Origin: an uncultured candidate division Zixibacteria bacterium
Lineage (GTDB): Bacteria > Zixibacteria > MSB-5A5 > UBA10806
NCBI GenBank assembly: GCA_963801605.1
Contig: CAWDFP010000006.1
Coordinates: forward strand, 864,001 to 928,000
Length of the DNA stretch: 64,000 nt
Reading direction: 5' to 3'
The position numbers were made by a program, and so were the translations under genes. The notes beneath the pieces are model-generated. The model was not told where the DNA came from, ran no database searches, and worked only from the letters and a program-made list of their open reading frames with translations. Shown here one piece after another: positions 1 through 10,195 of this stretch. Within the stretch, counting starts at the first letter, position 1, and the number at the start of each line of letters is the position of its first letter.

Positions 1-2203
1 TACCGATTGTCATACCGCTCATAACGTTCTGCCTCATACCGATCCCAATTCCACTATTTATCGTACCAACGTCCCCAAAACCTGTGAAAAGTGTCACGGT
101 CTTATCGAGCAGGTACATCGTAAAGTAATCCGCGGCGAGCTCTGGGAAAAAGCCCCCAACCAGGTGCCAATCTGTATCGATTGCCACGCGCCTCATCGGG
201 TACGCAAAATTTATTATGAATTGGGAATGTCCGATACCGATTGTTTGAAGTGTCATGCCAAACCAAATCAAACTATGGTCCGCGATGGCCAGACCATCTC
301 CATTACTATAGATACAACCGAAGTTAAAAATTCGATTCATCGCAATACTGCTTGCGCTCAGTGCCATACCGGAGCCAGCATTGCCCAACAACGTCCCTGC
401 GCTACAATTGTAACCAAAGTTGATTGCTCTATCTGTCACGCCGAAGTGGTTGCTACTTATAAAACCAGTACTCACGGTACGCTGGCCGACCGCGGCGATC
501 CCAATGCTCCCATTTGCCGGGATTGCCACGGTACGCACGGCATAAAAGATCATCGCACCACAAGCTCGCCGACCTATCCGACCCATGTGCCCGATCTTTG
601 CGGAAAATGCCATCGTGAGGGCAATAAGGCCGCTGTTCGTTACAAGGGTGACGAGCATAATATCGTCAGCAACTATGTTGAAAGTATTCACGGAAAAGGC
701 CTGCTGGAAAGCGGCCTGGTAGTTACCGCCATGTGCACCGACTGCCATACATCACATCATGAACTTCCCCACGACAACCCGGAATCAAGCGTCAATAGCA
801 ATAATATCGCTATGACTTGCGCCAAGTGTCATAACGGCATCTATGAACTTTACAGCAAGAGCGTTCATTTTGCCGACGGCAAAAAAACAGACAAGCCGCT
901 GCCGATTTGCAACGATTGCCATACATCGCATACAATTTCGCGCACCGATCAGGAAGGATTCAAGCTAAACATCATTAACCAGTGCGGCCGCTGCCATCAG
1001 GATGTATTAGAAACTTATTTCGAAACCTATCATGGCAAAGTGTCCAAACTGGGTTACACCGCTGCTGCTAAATGCTACGATTGCCACGGAGCCCATGATG
1101 TGCTTCCCACCTGGGATCCGCGATCGCATCTATCGCGTCAAAATATTGTGGCCACTTGCGGGAAATGCCATCAGGGTTCAAATCGCCGATTCGCCGGATA
1201 CCTGACCCACGCTACTCATCATGATAAGAAAAAATATCCGGTTCTATTCTACACATTCTGGTTCATGACTTTTCTTTTGATGGGCACTTTAACTGTATCC
1301 GGTATTCATACTGCGCTCTGGTTACCGCGCTCCTTCCAAATGATGAAAGCTCAAAAGAAGCTCAGAACCGCAAGCGCCGGCAAAGAATATTTACGTTTCG
1401 ATAGTCTGCCTCGCCGATTGCATATACTTGTAATTATCAGTTTTATCGGGCTGGCGTTAACCGGTATGACGCTGAAATTCTCTTATCTTGGATGGGCCCA
1501 ATGGCTCTCGCGAATTCTGGGAGGTTTCCAGTCGGCAGGATATATACACAGAGTCTGCGCGGTCATTACCTTCTTCTATTTTGGAACTCATGTAGTTTCG
1601 CTTATCCGTCAAAAACGGCGCGAAAATAAAACCTGGCGGGCATTCCTGTTCGGGCCCAATTCGATGATTCCCAATTGGAATGATTTTAAGGAATTCATCG
1701 GTTCGTTTAAATGGTTTGTGGGCCTTGGCCCCCGTCCCGAATATGGCCGCTGGACTTATTGGGAAAAGTTCGACTATTTTGCAGTCTTCTGGGGAGTCTT
1801 CATTATCGGTTCAACCGGATTGCTTCTCTGGTTCCCCGAACTGTTTACTCGAGTTCTGCCGGGTTGGTTTATCAATGTGGCGACCGTAATTCATTCGGAT
1901 GAGGCTCTGTTGGCGGTTGGCTTTATCTTTACGGTGCATTTTTTCAATACTCATTTCCGCCCTGAGAAATTCCCGATGGATACCGTTATTTTTACGGGAC
2001 GAGTACCCCTGGAGGAATTCAAAGAAGATCGTCCCAGAGAATACCAGGAGATGCTGGAATCCGGAAAACTCGAAGAGCGCTTGGTTGATCCTCTGCCGCC
2101 AATCGTAGTGCGCGGAGCAAAAATCTTCGGATGGTGTGCTCTTTCAATTGGACTTATTATGGTTCTACTGATTCTATATGCAGAGATATTTGGCTATAGA
2201 TAA
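1..2203 (+). CDS. Multiheme cytochrome c fused to a C-terminal cytochrome b (FdnI/HydC-like) domain, CbcL-like quinol oxidoreductase; 5'-partial
   Basis: The frame is open from position 2 (TDCH..CEKCH..). There are 12 CxxCH motifs in the 679-aa ORF, plus CEKCH and a truncated xTDCH upstream. The C-terminus has TM helices with conserved His and RWTYWEKFDYFAVFWG / IHSDEALLA motifs. Confidence 0.85.
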   Translation, partial: TDCHTAHNVLPHTDPNSTIYRTNVPKTCEKCHGLIEQVHRKVIRGELWEKAPNQVPICIDCHAPHRVRKIYYELGMSDTDCLKCHAKPNQTMVRDGQTISITIDTTEVKNSIHRNTACAQCHTGASIAQQRPCATIVTKVDCSICHAEVVATYKTSTHGTLADRGDPNAPICRDCHGTHGIKDHRTTSSPTYPTHVPDLCGKCHREGNKAAVRYKGDEHNIVSNYVESIHGKGLLESGLVVTAMCTDCHTSHHELPHDNPESSVNSNNIAMTCAKCHNGIYELYSKSVHFADGKKTDKPLPICNDCHTSHTISRTDQEGFKLNIINQCGRCHQDVLETYFETYHGKVSKLGYTAAAKCYDCHGAHDVLPTWDPRSHLSRQNIVATCGKCHQGSNRRFAGYLTHATHHDKKKYPVLFYTFWFMTFLLMGTLTVSGIHTALWLPRSFQMMKAQKKLRTASAGKEYLRFDSLPRRLHILVIISFIGLALTGMTLKFSYLGWAQWLSRILGGFQSAGYIHRVCAVITFFYFGTHVVSLIRQKRRENKTWRAFLFGPNSMIPNWNDFKEFIGSFKWFVGLGPRPEYGRWTYWEKFDYFAVFWGVFIIGSTGLLLWFPELFTRVLPGWFINVATVIHSDEALLAVGFIFTVHFFNTHFRPEKFPMDTVIFTGRVPLEEFKEDRPREYQEMLESGKLEERLVDPLPPIVVRGAKIFGWCALSIGLIMVLLILYAEIFGYR

Positions 2204-2217
2204 TAATACAAAAACGC

Positions 2218-2253
2218 AAAAGCCGAGGTCTATAAAAGGCCCCGGCTTTTTTT
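2218..2253. terminator. Probable bidirectional intrinsic terminator
   Basis: AAAAGCCGAGGTC-TATAAAA-GGCCCCGGCTTTT(TTT) hairpin between convergent genes. Confidence 0.75.
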
Positions 2254-2266
2254 ATTCTATTAATTC

Positions 2267-2770
2267 TTAGAACGACCAGTTAACAATAGGGAAGATCGGG
2301 AATTGGCCTCCCTGCTTGATGATATTTATAAATCCAATCTGGAGCCCTTTAAGCCTGTTGGCATGATTAACTAATCCAAGTTGGAAACCGTTGGCATAAT
2401 TGGCGTGATTGACAAATCCCCACTGCATACCTTCAAAATCGCCATTTGTCAAATTGACCCAGCCGTATTGCAATCCAGAGAATTTTGCGTCGGCCAAATT
2501 TACGATTCCAAGCCCGATTCCCAACGATTTGCCGGAAGTAGTATGATTTATCAATCCCCAATCCACACCTGTGACGCTGGTATTTTTTCCATAAATCAGG
2601 TTTATCCTGATTCCAGTTATCGAGCTGTTTTCAGGAAATATCTGAATTGGATTGATCAACGCAATTTGAATGGGGTGGCTCTGGGCCAATGCCTGACCCG
2701 AAACGAAAGTTAAGGCAATGAGTGCCAATCCCAACAGAATGCTGTTCTTCTTTACCATTTTACCCTCCAA
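2267..2770 (-). CDS. Secreted protein with GxQxGxVN repeats (LA_2272-like surface repeat protein)
   Basis: Signal peptide ending ALA, repeated GLQYGWVN/GMQWGFVN/GFQLGLVN/GLQIGFIN units, C-terminal ..PIVNWSF. The start may be at 2758. Confidence 0.65.
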   Translation of the reverse strand: MEGKMVKKNSILLGLALIALTFVSGQALAQSHPIQIALINPIQIFPENSSITGIRINLIYGKNTSVTGVDWGLINHTTSGKSLGIGLGIVNLADAKFSGLQYGWVNLTNGDFEGMQWGFVNHANYANGFQLGLVNHANRLKGLQIGFINIIKQGGQFPIFPIVNWSF

Positions 2771-2940
2771 ATTTAATATGTTTAATTCCGTATTAATAAT
2801 TGTACTCTTGATATAAAAAATAGCTCCGTATTTATCAAGTTAAATCTGAGCCTTTTTAAGAATGATAGTAAATTAAAATAAGATTGCGTGAGGATTTTAG
2901 GCCTCGAAGTATGGGACTTTGGTGAATTTAATTATGGTTT

Positions 2941-3835
2941 TTAGGATATTTCCGAATCGAATTTACTGGAAATTTGCTCAAGCCCCAAAACGCTCGCGCA
3001 GGCAGAGAATCTGAAGTAATCGAGTAAGCGATTGAGCTTTTCCTCTGCTAAAGTCAGATTGCCATATCGCGAGAAATTGACATAATCCATGCCTGCCGCT
3101 CTGGGATGATGCCTATCCAGCTCCCAGAGCTTCATATTAATTACGGCTGGATACCCCTTCTGATTAAGGCTTTTGATAGAGTTGAGCCCGAACCAGCCTG
3201 GGCAATATTCTAATGTTTTCTCCGAATCTGAAAACAACGCCTAATTTGCGACGGGCCGATTGCGGGATGGCAATGATCGAGCGTCCATCGGATATAGTTA
3301 TCGGAAAAGGCTTGAGACTTTCCATTCGAGGACTATCGGCGAGCAGGCTTGAGTCGTAGCGATATCCAGCCTCGGCGATCAGGCGATACAGCGAAAGGTT
3401 ATCGCGTGATAGATAGGGGCAAGTCGCTTTGTAGCCGTAAACGGGTTTACCGATGATATCTTCGAGGATTTCTCTGGAGCGTTCCAATTCACTTTTGATT
3501 TTATCAGAAGGCATTTTCCTGATATCCCCATGCGTGAATCCGTGGCTGGCGACCTCGTTGCCGCGCGAATCGATCAGGGCCACGACCTCGGGAAATTTAC
3601 GCGCCACCCAGCCCAGGATAAAGAACGTAGCGTGGGCTTTCTGTTTATCGAGAGTATCTAAAAGGTGAATGAGCAGAGGGATTATCCGCGAACGGGCATC
3701 AGGCGGCTCCATATCGGGATTCTCTACATGAAAGCGGTCTTCGATCTCGAAGGTCAGCATATTGTCCAGGACTGGGCGATAGTAATCCGGTGCTCTTTTT
3801 AACGATTTCGGGCTCATAATACTATGGTTCGGCAT
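2941..3835 (-). CDS. Polysaccharide deacetylase (CE4/NodB + DUF3473, exosortase/PEP-CTERM-locus type); one frameshift at ~3200
   Basis: ATFFILGWVA and ASHGFTH motifs. Removing one base of the run at 3200-3202 joins ..RILP to GWFG..WELD..HPR of the 2941-3237 frame. Confidence 0.75.
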
Positions 3836-3866
3836 GATTTACCCCCTTCTGAATATCGCCGCCGCC

Positions 3867-3895
3867 TTAAACACATTAATTCTCGAGAGTGTTCC
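3867..3895 (-). promoter_or_regulatory. ECF-type promoter GGAAC-N18-GTTTAA
   Basis: GGAAC ACTCTCGAGAATTAATGT GTTTAA, ~30 nt upstream of the deacetylase start; same spacing as the other copies. Confidence 0.6.
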
Positions 3896-4121
3896 GGTTG
3901 AAAACATTAGAAGGTAATAAAGGATGTTCTGCTTAAACAGATACCCGGCATAAAAAATCACCAATATTTAGGCTAACCACATTGATTTGAAAACAGGGTT
4001 TGGTGGAAATCGCGATTTATCATAAAGGCATCAAATGAGAAAATCACCCTTCAGGAATTCCCCAATCTTCCGAAGAATATACAAGATGACAACTTAGGCA
4101 GACTTTCGCGGAGGGATTACT

Positions 4122-5294
4122 TTGAACTCGCAACGCAAAACCAAGATTATGGTGGTAGTAGGCGCCCGGCCAAATTTTATGAAAGCCGCCCCGCTTATCA
4201 GCAGAATGAAATTGTTTCCGGATACTCTGGAGCCTATCCTGCTTCACACCGGCCAGCATTATGACCAGAAACTCTCCGGCCTCTTTTTCGACGAGCTCAA
4301 GCTTCCCAAGCCTGATATCTATCTCGGAGTCGGCTCCGGCAGCCATGCTGTCCAGACCGCCAAAATCATGGTTGAGTTCGAAAAGATCGTCATGGAGAAT
4401 CCTCCGGATCTCCTGGTGGTTTTGGGTGACGTCAACTCCACGGTCGCTTGCGCCCTGGTAGCTGCCAAGTGTCATATTCCGATCGCCCATGTCGAGGCCG
4501 GCCTGCGTTCGCTCGATATGGGTATGCCTGAGGAGATCAACCGAATCCTCACAGACCGCATCTCGAACTATCTGTTTGTAACAGAATTTTCCGGATACAG
4601 AAATTTGCTCGCCGAGGGGGTTGACGACAGCAAGATATTTTTCGTGGGCAATGTGATGATCGATTCTCTCAGGGCTCATCTTGATTTAGCAAATGAGCGT
4701 CCAATTCTCTCCGAGCTTGGATTAGAATCGAAAAACTACGCCCTCCTGACTCTCCATCGTCCGGATAACGTAGATAACGAGGCGACCCTGACGCCCCTTG
4801 TCGAGGCTCTCTCGACTCTGGCTCAGAAAATAGCAGTAATATTCCCATGTCATCCGCGCACAAGAAATAATATTGATAAATTCGAATTATCTCATTATTT
4901 TGGACCCCAAGGGATCAGGCTTATCGAGCCGGCCGGATACCTCGATTTTTTGAAACTCGAACGAGAAGCCGCTATGGTCCTCACCGACTCCGGCGGCATT
5001 CAGGAGGAGACCACCATTCTTGGTGTCCCCTGCCTGACTCTTCGCAAAAACACCGAGCGACCGGCGACGATAACCGAAGGCACCAACATTTTGGTTGGGC
5101 CTTATCCCGAGAGAATCCTGGCCACCGCCGAGAGTATTCTGAGCGGTAATATCAAAAAAGGCCAGATACCAAAATACTGGGATGGCAGGGCCGCAGAGCG
5201 GATTGTTGATGTCTTTATCGAGATCGCTGGGCAGCAGCCTCATCCCGTCAAGACCGGAACGACTCAAGAAAAAGAGGTCGTTTCCGTTGGATAG
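4122..5294 (+). CDS. wecB: UDP-N-acetylglucosamine 2-epimerase (non-hydrolysing)
   Basis: GARPNFMK, HTGQHYD, HVEAGLRS, PEEINR, TDSGGIQEE, TERP motifs. Confidence 0.92.
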   Translation: MNSQRKTKIMVVVGARPNFMKAAPLISRMKLFPDTLEPILLHTGQHYDQKLSGLFFDELKLPKPDIYLGVGSGSHAVQTAKIMVEFEKIVMENPPDLLVVLGDVNSTVACALVAAKCHIPIAHVEAGLRSLDMGMPEEINRILTDRISNYLFVTEFSGYRNLLAEGVDDSKIFFVGNVMIDSLRAHLDLANERPILSELGLESKNYALLTLHRPDNVDNEATLTPLVEALSTLAQKIAVIFPCHPRTRNNIDKFELSHYFGPQGIRLIEPAGYLDFLKLEREAAMVLTDSGGIQEETTILGVPCLTLRKNTERPATITEGTNILVGPYPERILATAESILSGNIKKGQIPKYWDGRAAERIVDVFIEIAGQQPHPVKTGTTQEKEVVSVG

Positions 5295-5308
5295 GGAAGG
5301 AGTAGCCG

Positions 5309-6295
5309 CTGAAATCATCATCCAAGCCTGTGGCGCTGATAACCGGAGGGGCTGGTTTTATTGGTTCGCACTTGAGTGATGCGCTGCTCAAGGCAGATTA
5401 CGTAGTGCGCTGTTATGACGATCTTTCACATGGCTCCATGGCCAATATAGATCCGTTCTTAAAGAATTCAAATTTTTCATATTGTATAGCTGACGTATGC
5501 GATAGCGTTAAGCTTAAAAGCTGGGTCGATGGATCCGATGTGATTTTCCACCTGGCAGCCAGAAAAATACCGCGTTATGGTGACGCCCTGGCGACACTGT
5601 ATGTCAACACCCATGGTACGCGAAATGTATTGGAGCTGGCCACCGAACAAAAGATCAAGGTTGTGCTGGCGTCTACATCGGATGTCTACGGAAAGGGCAC
5701 TCCACCGTTTAAGGAATATGATAACCTCGTCATCGGGCCATCTAATGTACGCCGCTGGAGCTATGCTGTCAGTAAGCTTTTTGACGAGCACATGGCGCTG
5801 GGTTTCTTTTGCGAAAAAGGTCTCCCCACCGTCACTTTACGTTTTTTCGGAAGCTATGGCCCCAGGAATCATCGTTCCTGGTGGGGCGGGCCGCAATCGG
5901 TATTTATTGAGCAAGCCTTAAAAGATGAGCCGCTGACTGTCCACGGCGACGGCCTTCAAACGCGCTCATTCACCTACATAGATGATCTCATTTCTGGAAT
6001 TGTTTTATCATCGCAAAAGGATAAGGCCGTGGGGCAGATTCTAAATCTGGGATCTGAGGAAGAGGTCAATATTCTAACTCTGGCTAATACCGTTAGCGAA
6101 TTGGTTTGGCCGGGCAGGGAACCTAAACTTAAATTAATTCCTTACGAGAGTTTTGGTGGCCATTATGAGGATGTCAGGCGACGGTTGCCCGATCTTACCA
6201 AATCCAGAGAAATTTTGGGATTTGAGTGGCATATCAAGCTCCGCGACGGCCTTGGCCGCACCATCGCCTGGCATAAGGGTACACCTTCCGCTTAA
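5309..6295 (+). CDS. NAD-dependent nucleotide-sugar epimerase/dehydratase (extended SDR)
   Basis: ITGGAGFIG, HLAA, STSDVYG, YAVSK motifs. The start is probably CTG at 5309 behind GAAGGAG; the ORF track gives GTG at 5330. Confidence 0.85.
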   Translation: MKSSSKPVALITGGAGFIGSHLSDALLKADYVVRCYDDLSHGSMANIDPFLKNSNFSYCIADVCDSVKLKSWVDGSDVIFHLAARKIPRYGDALATLYVNTHGTRNVLELATEQKIKVVLASTSDVYGKGTPPFKEYDNLVIGPSNVRRWSYAVSKLFDEHMALGFFCEKGLPTVTLRFFGSYGPRNHRSWWGGPQSVFIEQALKDEPLTVHGDGLQTRSFTYIDDLISGIVLSSQKDKAVGQILNLGSEEEVNILTLANTVSELVWPGREPKLKLIPYESFGGHYEDVRRRLPDLTKSREILGFEWHIKLRDGLGRTIAWHKGTPSA

Positions 6296-6386
6296 CAGAA
6301 ATACAGGCCGCCAAGGCAAATAGTATACTGCTAAGCCCTGATTGGTATTGAGATTAGTTATTGTTTTGCTTATAATTACCCCTTTG

Positions 6387-6415
6387 GGAAACAAATATAT
6401 ACTTTTGGAGTTATT
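6387..6415 (+). promoter_or_regulatory. Variant ECF-type promoter GGAAA-N18-GTTATT
   Basis: Same spacing as the other copies, with GAGTT at -10; upstream of the ligase operon. Confidence 0.4.
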
Positions 6416-6556
6416 ACGTGATTGGACATAATCGTAATGTGGCTCTGCTTACTTAATAACTGAATAGTAGTCGAGAGCCTAACGCAAACTTAGATATAGC
6501 CGATAATTTAAGTAAGCATCAACGCGAAAAGGTACAAAGCGGGTGAGGAAATAATC

Positions 6557-8075
6557 ATGAATCCGGCCATTGTTAGCGATTTTTTGATAAATTCGGCGCA
6601 AAAGCACCCCGACAAGATTGCTCTCTACTTTGGCGATAAAAGCTTTACCTATAATGAGATTTACGGACAGGCGGTAAATCTGGCCTCTTATCTTCACGCC
6701 AACGGCCTGGAAAAAGGGGATAGGGTAATAATTTATCTGGAAAACAGCCCGGCGGTGGTAATCTCTATTTTCGCAACTCTCCTGGCCGGTGGGGCTTTTT
6801 CTGTGGTGAACCAATCAGTTAAGGCTCAGAAATTCCTATATATCGTTAATAATTGCACACCGAAATTTATAGTCACTGATCAATGCCAAGATTGAGATGC
6901 TTTCGAAATTTAAGCTGCAGCAGGATATCCCCCGAATTATCACAGTCAACGGCCCCAGCGATTTATCGGTATCGTTTGATCAAATCGTCTCCGAAGAAGG
7001 TCAGGCACCCAATCTTCGCGTTATCGACTTAGATCTGGCATCAATAATTTATACATCAGGGTCTACGGGCGAACCAAAAGGCGTTACCCTTACTCATCGT
7101 AATATGGTCTCCGCCGCCAACTCCATCACGCAGTACCTTGGCAGCGCCGAATCAGATATCGTCCTTTGTATGTTACCGCTATCATTCGATTATGGACTCT
7201 ATCAGGTTTTAATTTCCTTCCTGGTTTCGAGTACGCTGGTACTGGAGCGCAAATTTGGTTATCCCTATGAACTTGTCGAAATAATCCATAAACGACAGGT
7301 TACCGGTTTGCCTTGCGTACATACAATGATGGCAATCCTGTTGCAGCTGGAGAATCCGGAGGCCCTGCAACTTTCATCAATACGTTATATTACCAACACC
7401 GGGGCTGCCCTGCCGCCGGCTTTTATACCTCGACTTAAAAGGGTTTTCCCCAACGCTGCCATTTTCTCGATGTATGGCCTGACCGAATGCAAACGTGTTT
7501 CCTACCTACCGCCCCAATATCTGGATACTAAACCAGATTCGGTGGGGATCGCGATGCCGAATACCGAGGTTTGGGTAGTAGATGATGATGGGAATTTTCA
7601 TGAAAGAGACGCTATCGGAGAACTCGTTATTCGAGGTTCGAATGTTATGCAGGGATATTGGAATGATCCTGTGGGCACGGCAAAGGTCCTGAGACCGGGG
7701 CGTTACCCCTGGGAAAAGGTGCTCTATTCGCATGATCTATTCAGGATCGATAAAGAAGGATTTCTGTATTTTTTAGGGCGTCGTGATGATATAATAAAAG
7801 TTAGCGGGGTGCGAGTTTCCCCCAAAGAGATAGAGAATGTCCTTTATCAGATAAATGATATTATTGAGGCCAGGGTTATGCCCGTCCCGGACGAAATACT
7901 TGGAAACGCGATCAAGGCCGAGGTTGTTCTTCGCGAAAATTCAACGCTAACGGTTGAACAGATATTGACCCATTGCAGAGCAAATCTCGAGGATACCATG
8001 GTGCCGAGTCAGGTTATTATCGTAATGAGCATACCCAAAACCGATAGCGGCAAAATTCTGAAACGTGCCAGTTAA
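6557..8075 (+). CDS. AMP-forming acyl-CoA/acyl-ACP ligase (adenylate-forming ANL superfamily); one frameshift at ~6886
   Basis: YTSGSTGEPKGV, MYGLTE, GRRDD and terminal SGK motifs. Removing one C at 6886-6887 gives DQCKIEMLSK and joins the two ORFs. Confidence 0.85.
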
Positions 8076-8111
8076 TTTTTCTAAAAGGATAGACAGGTCA
8101 TAGGCAGCCAG

Positions 8112-10100
8112 ATGTGCGGTATAGCGGGATATTTTCAGCTTGAGGGAAATGCACGCCCCGATAAGGAGCTTTTGGGGCGTATGGTGAATATTATCCGCCA
8201 CCGGGGACCGGATGAATTCGGCGCCTTCTTTGATGATAAATGTGTCCTCGGACAAGCCAGGCTTTCCATTATCGATCTTTCCACCGGTTCGCAGCCGTTG
8301 TCAAATGAGGATGGCAGCTTGTGGATTTCATTTAATGGCGAAATTTATAACTATGTCGAACTTCGGCCGGAGTTGGAGCGACTGGGCCATAAGTTTTGCA
8401 CTCATTCCGATACCGAAGTCATAGTCCATGCTTATGAGGAATGGGGGAAAAACTGTCTTTCCCGTTTTAATGGCCAATGGGCTTTCGCTATTTATGATAA
8501 AAAGAATAGTAAACTGTTTATAAGCCGGGATCGATTGGGGGTTCGTCCGATTTTCTATTCAACCCACAATGGCCGCTTCTACTTTTCATCGGAGATAAAA
8601 TCAATTTTCTGCGATCCGTCAGTCCCAAGGAAACTTGATTATGAGGGTCTCGATGAGATATTTACCTGGTGGACCACTGCCCCGCCACGAACGGCATTTG
8701 AAGGTATCAATGAACTTGAGCCGGGTGGATATCTCGAAATTAAGGATGGGAAAATAAATTCCGGCCGCTACTGGCAGATGGATTACCCCGAGGAGTATGA
8801 CCGAAATCGCAGTTTAGATTCCTGGGCCGAGGAGCTTCATGCCCTGCTTGTCGATTCTGTCAGGCTAAGGCTTCGCGCCGATGTGCCCGTGGGGGCTTAC
8901 CTTTCAGGTGGATTGGATTCCTCAGCTACTACGTCCCTGATTAAAAATTTTACCTCCAACCGTATCGAGACATTTTCCATTGCATTTCATGATAAGGCGT
9001 ATGATGAATCAGGCTATCAAAAGCAAGTCGCTGATTATTTGGGCACGAATCATCATCAGATCCATTGCGGTTATAAAGATATTGCGGATAATTTCCCCAA
9101 AGTCATCTGGCATACTGAACGGCCAATTCTGCGTACTGCCGCAACACCCCTTTATATGCTATCGGGATTGGTACGCGAGAATAATTTTAAGGTAGTATTA
9201 ACCGGTGAGGGATCGGATGAAATATTGGGCGGCTACGATATTTTCAAGGAAACCATGATTAGATGGTTCTGGTCGAAAAATCCCGATTCACGGATGAGGC
9301 CGCTTCTTCTTCAGAGGCTTTACCCAACGCTGCCGCTTTCAGCCAACAGAGCCAGATTTTATTTAGAGACATTTTATAAGGCAGGATTAAGCGAGATAGA
9401 TAAATATTACTTCTCGCATATACCTCGGATAAATACCACAACCAAAATTAAAGAATATTTCCTGCCCGATATAAAACAGGCATTGTGCAAATATGATACC
9501 CTTAAATCATTCGAACCATATATTCCTGAAAATTTTCAAAGGTGGCATCACCTGGCGCGAGCGCAATACCTGGAAGCTCGTTCGCTTCTTTCGGGCTATT
9601 TGCTTTCTTCGCAGGGAGATCGCGTGACAGCCGGGCATTCGGTCGAGGGACGTTTTCCGTTTCTCGATCATCGAGTGGTGGAGTTTGGATCGAGAATACC
9701 TCCCTGGCATAAAATTCTGGGATTGAAAGAAAAGTTTGTGTTAAAAAAGGCTATGAGAGGAGAGCTTCCACCTGAGATCACTGCGCGGGTGAAGCAGCCC
9801 TATATGGCTCCTGATTCCAATTCTTTTATGCAGCCCGATTCGCCCGCTTATGTGGCTGAAATGGTATCCGAAAAAATGCTTAAGAGTTATGGTGTCTTCG
9901 AACCGGGTTATGTAAGTAAGCTGCATGAGAAATGCCGCAACCTGTCGCATGCTCACCTATCTTTTAAAGATAATATGTCTTTTATTGGAATTTTATCGAC
10001 TCAGCTTTTAATCAAGCAATATATCGATGATTTCATTCCAGTGGAAAGTCTCAAACGGGATTGTTTTAAGATTTGGCAGGATCATTCGACGACGAAATAA
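8112..10100 (+). CDS. asnB: Asparagine synthase-type amidotransferase (glutamine-hydrolysing)
   Basis: N-terminal MCGIAG, HRGPD, FNGEIYN, LSGGLDSS, TGEGSDE, RFPFLD. Confidence 0.9.
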   Translation: MCGIAGYFQLEGNARPDKELLGRMVNIIRHRGPDEFGAFFDDKCVLGQARLSIIDLSTGSQPLSNEDGSLWISFNGEIYNYVELRPELERLGHKFCTHSDTEVIVHAYEEWGKNCLSRFNGQWAFAIYDKKNSKLFISRDRLGVRPIFYSTHNGRFYFSSEIKSIFCDPSVPRKLDYEGLDEIFTWWTTAPPRTAFEGINELEPGGYLEIKDGKINSGRYWQMDYPEEYDRNRSLDSWAEELHALLVDSVRLRLRADVPVGAYLSGGLDSSATTSLIKNFTSNRIETFSIAFHDKAYDESGYQKQVADYLGTNHHQIHCGYKDIADNFPKVIWHTERPILRTAATPLYMLSGLVRENNFKVVLTGEGSDEILGGYDIFKETMIRWFWSKNPDSRMRPLLLQRLYPTLPLSANRARFYLETFYKAGLSEIDKYYFSHIPRINTTTKIKEYFLPDIKQALCKYDTLKSFEPYIPENFQRWHHLARAQYLEARSLLSGYLLSSQGDRVTAGHSVEGRFPFLDHRVVEFGSRIPPWHKILGLKEKFVLKKAMRGELPPEITARVKQPYMAPDSNSFMQPDSPAYVAEMVSEKMLKSYGVFEPGYVSKLHEKCRNLSHAHLSFKDNMSFIGILSTQLLIKQYIDDFIPVESLKRDCFKIWQDHSTTK

Positions 10101-10195
10101 TAAACCAGGAGATATCAGGAGCTTATTCGGTTAAGGCAACCTATCAATATTGAAATATTATAATGTTTTGATAACGTTAAACAGGGAGAGAATCT

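Noticed and set aside
4044..4679. 211-aa antisense ORF, and the many other shadow ORFs in the track
   Set aside because: They lie opposite or out of frame within well-supported genes and have no recognisable motifs.
10160..10180. GlnR/TnrA box upstream of glnA
   Set aside because: AATGTTTTGATAACGTT does not fit TGTNA-N7-TNACA.
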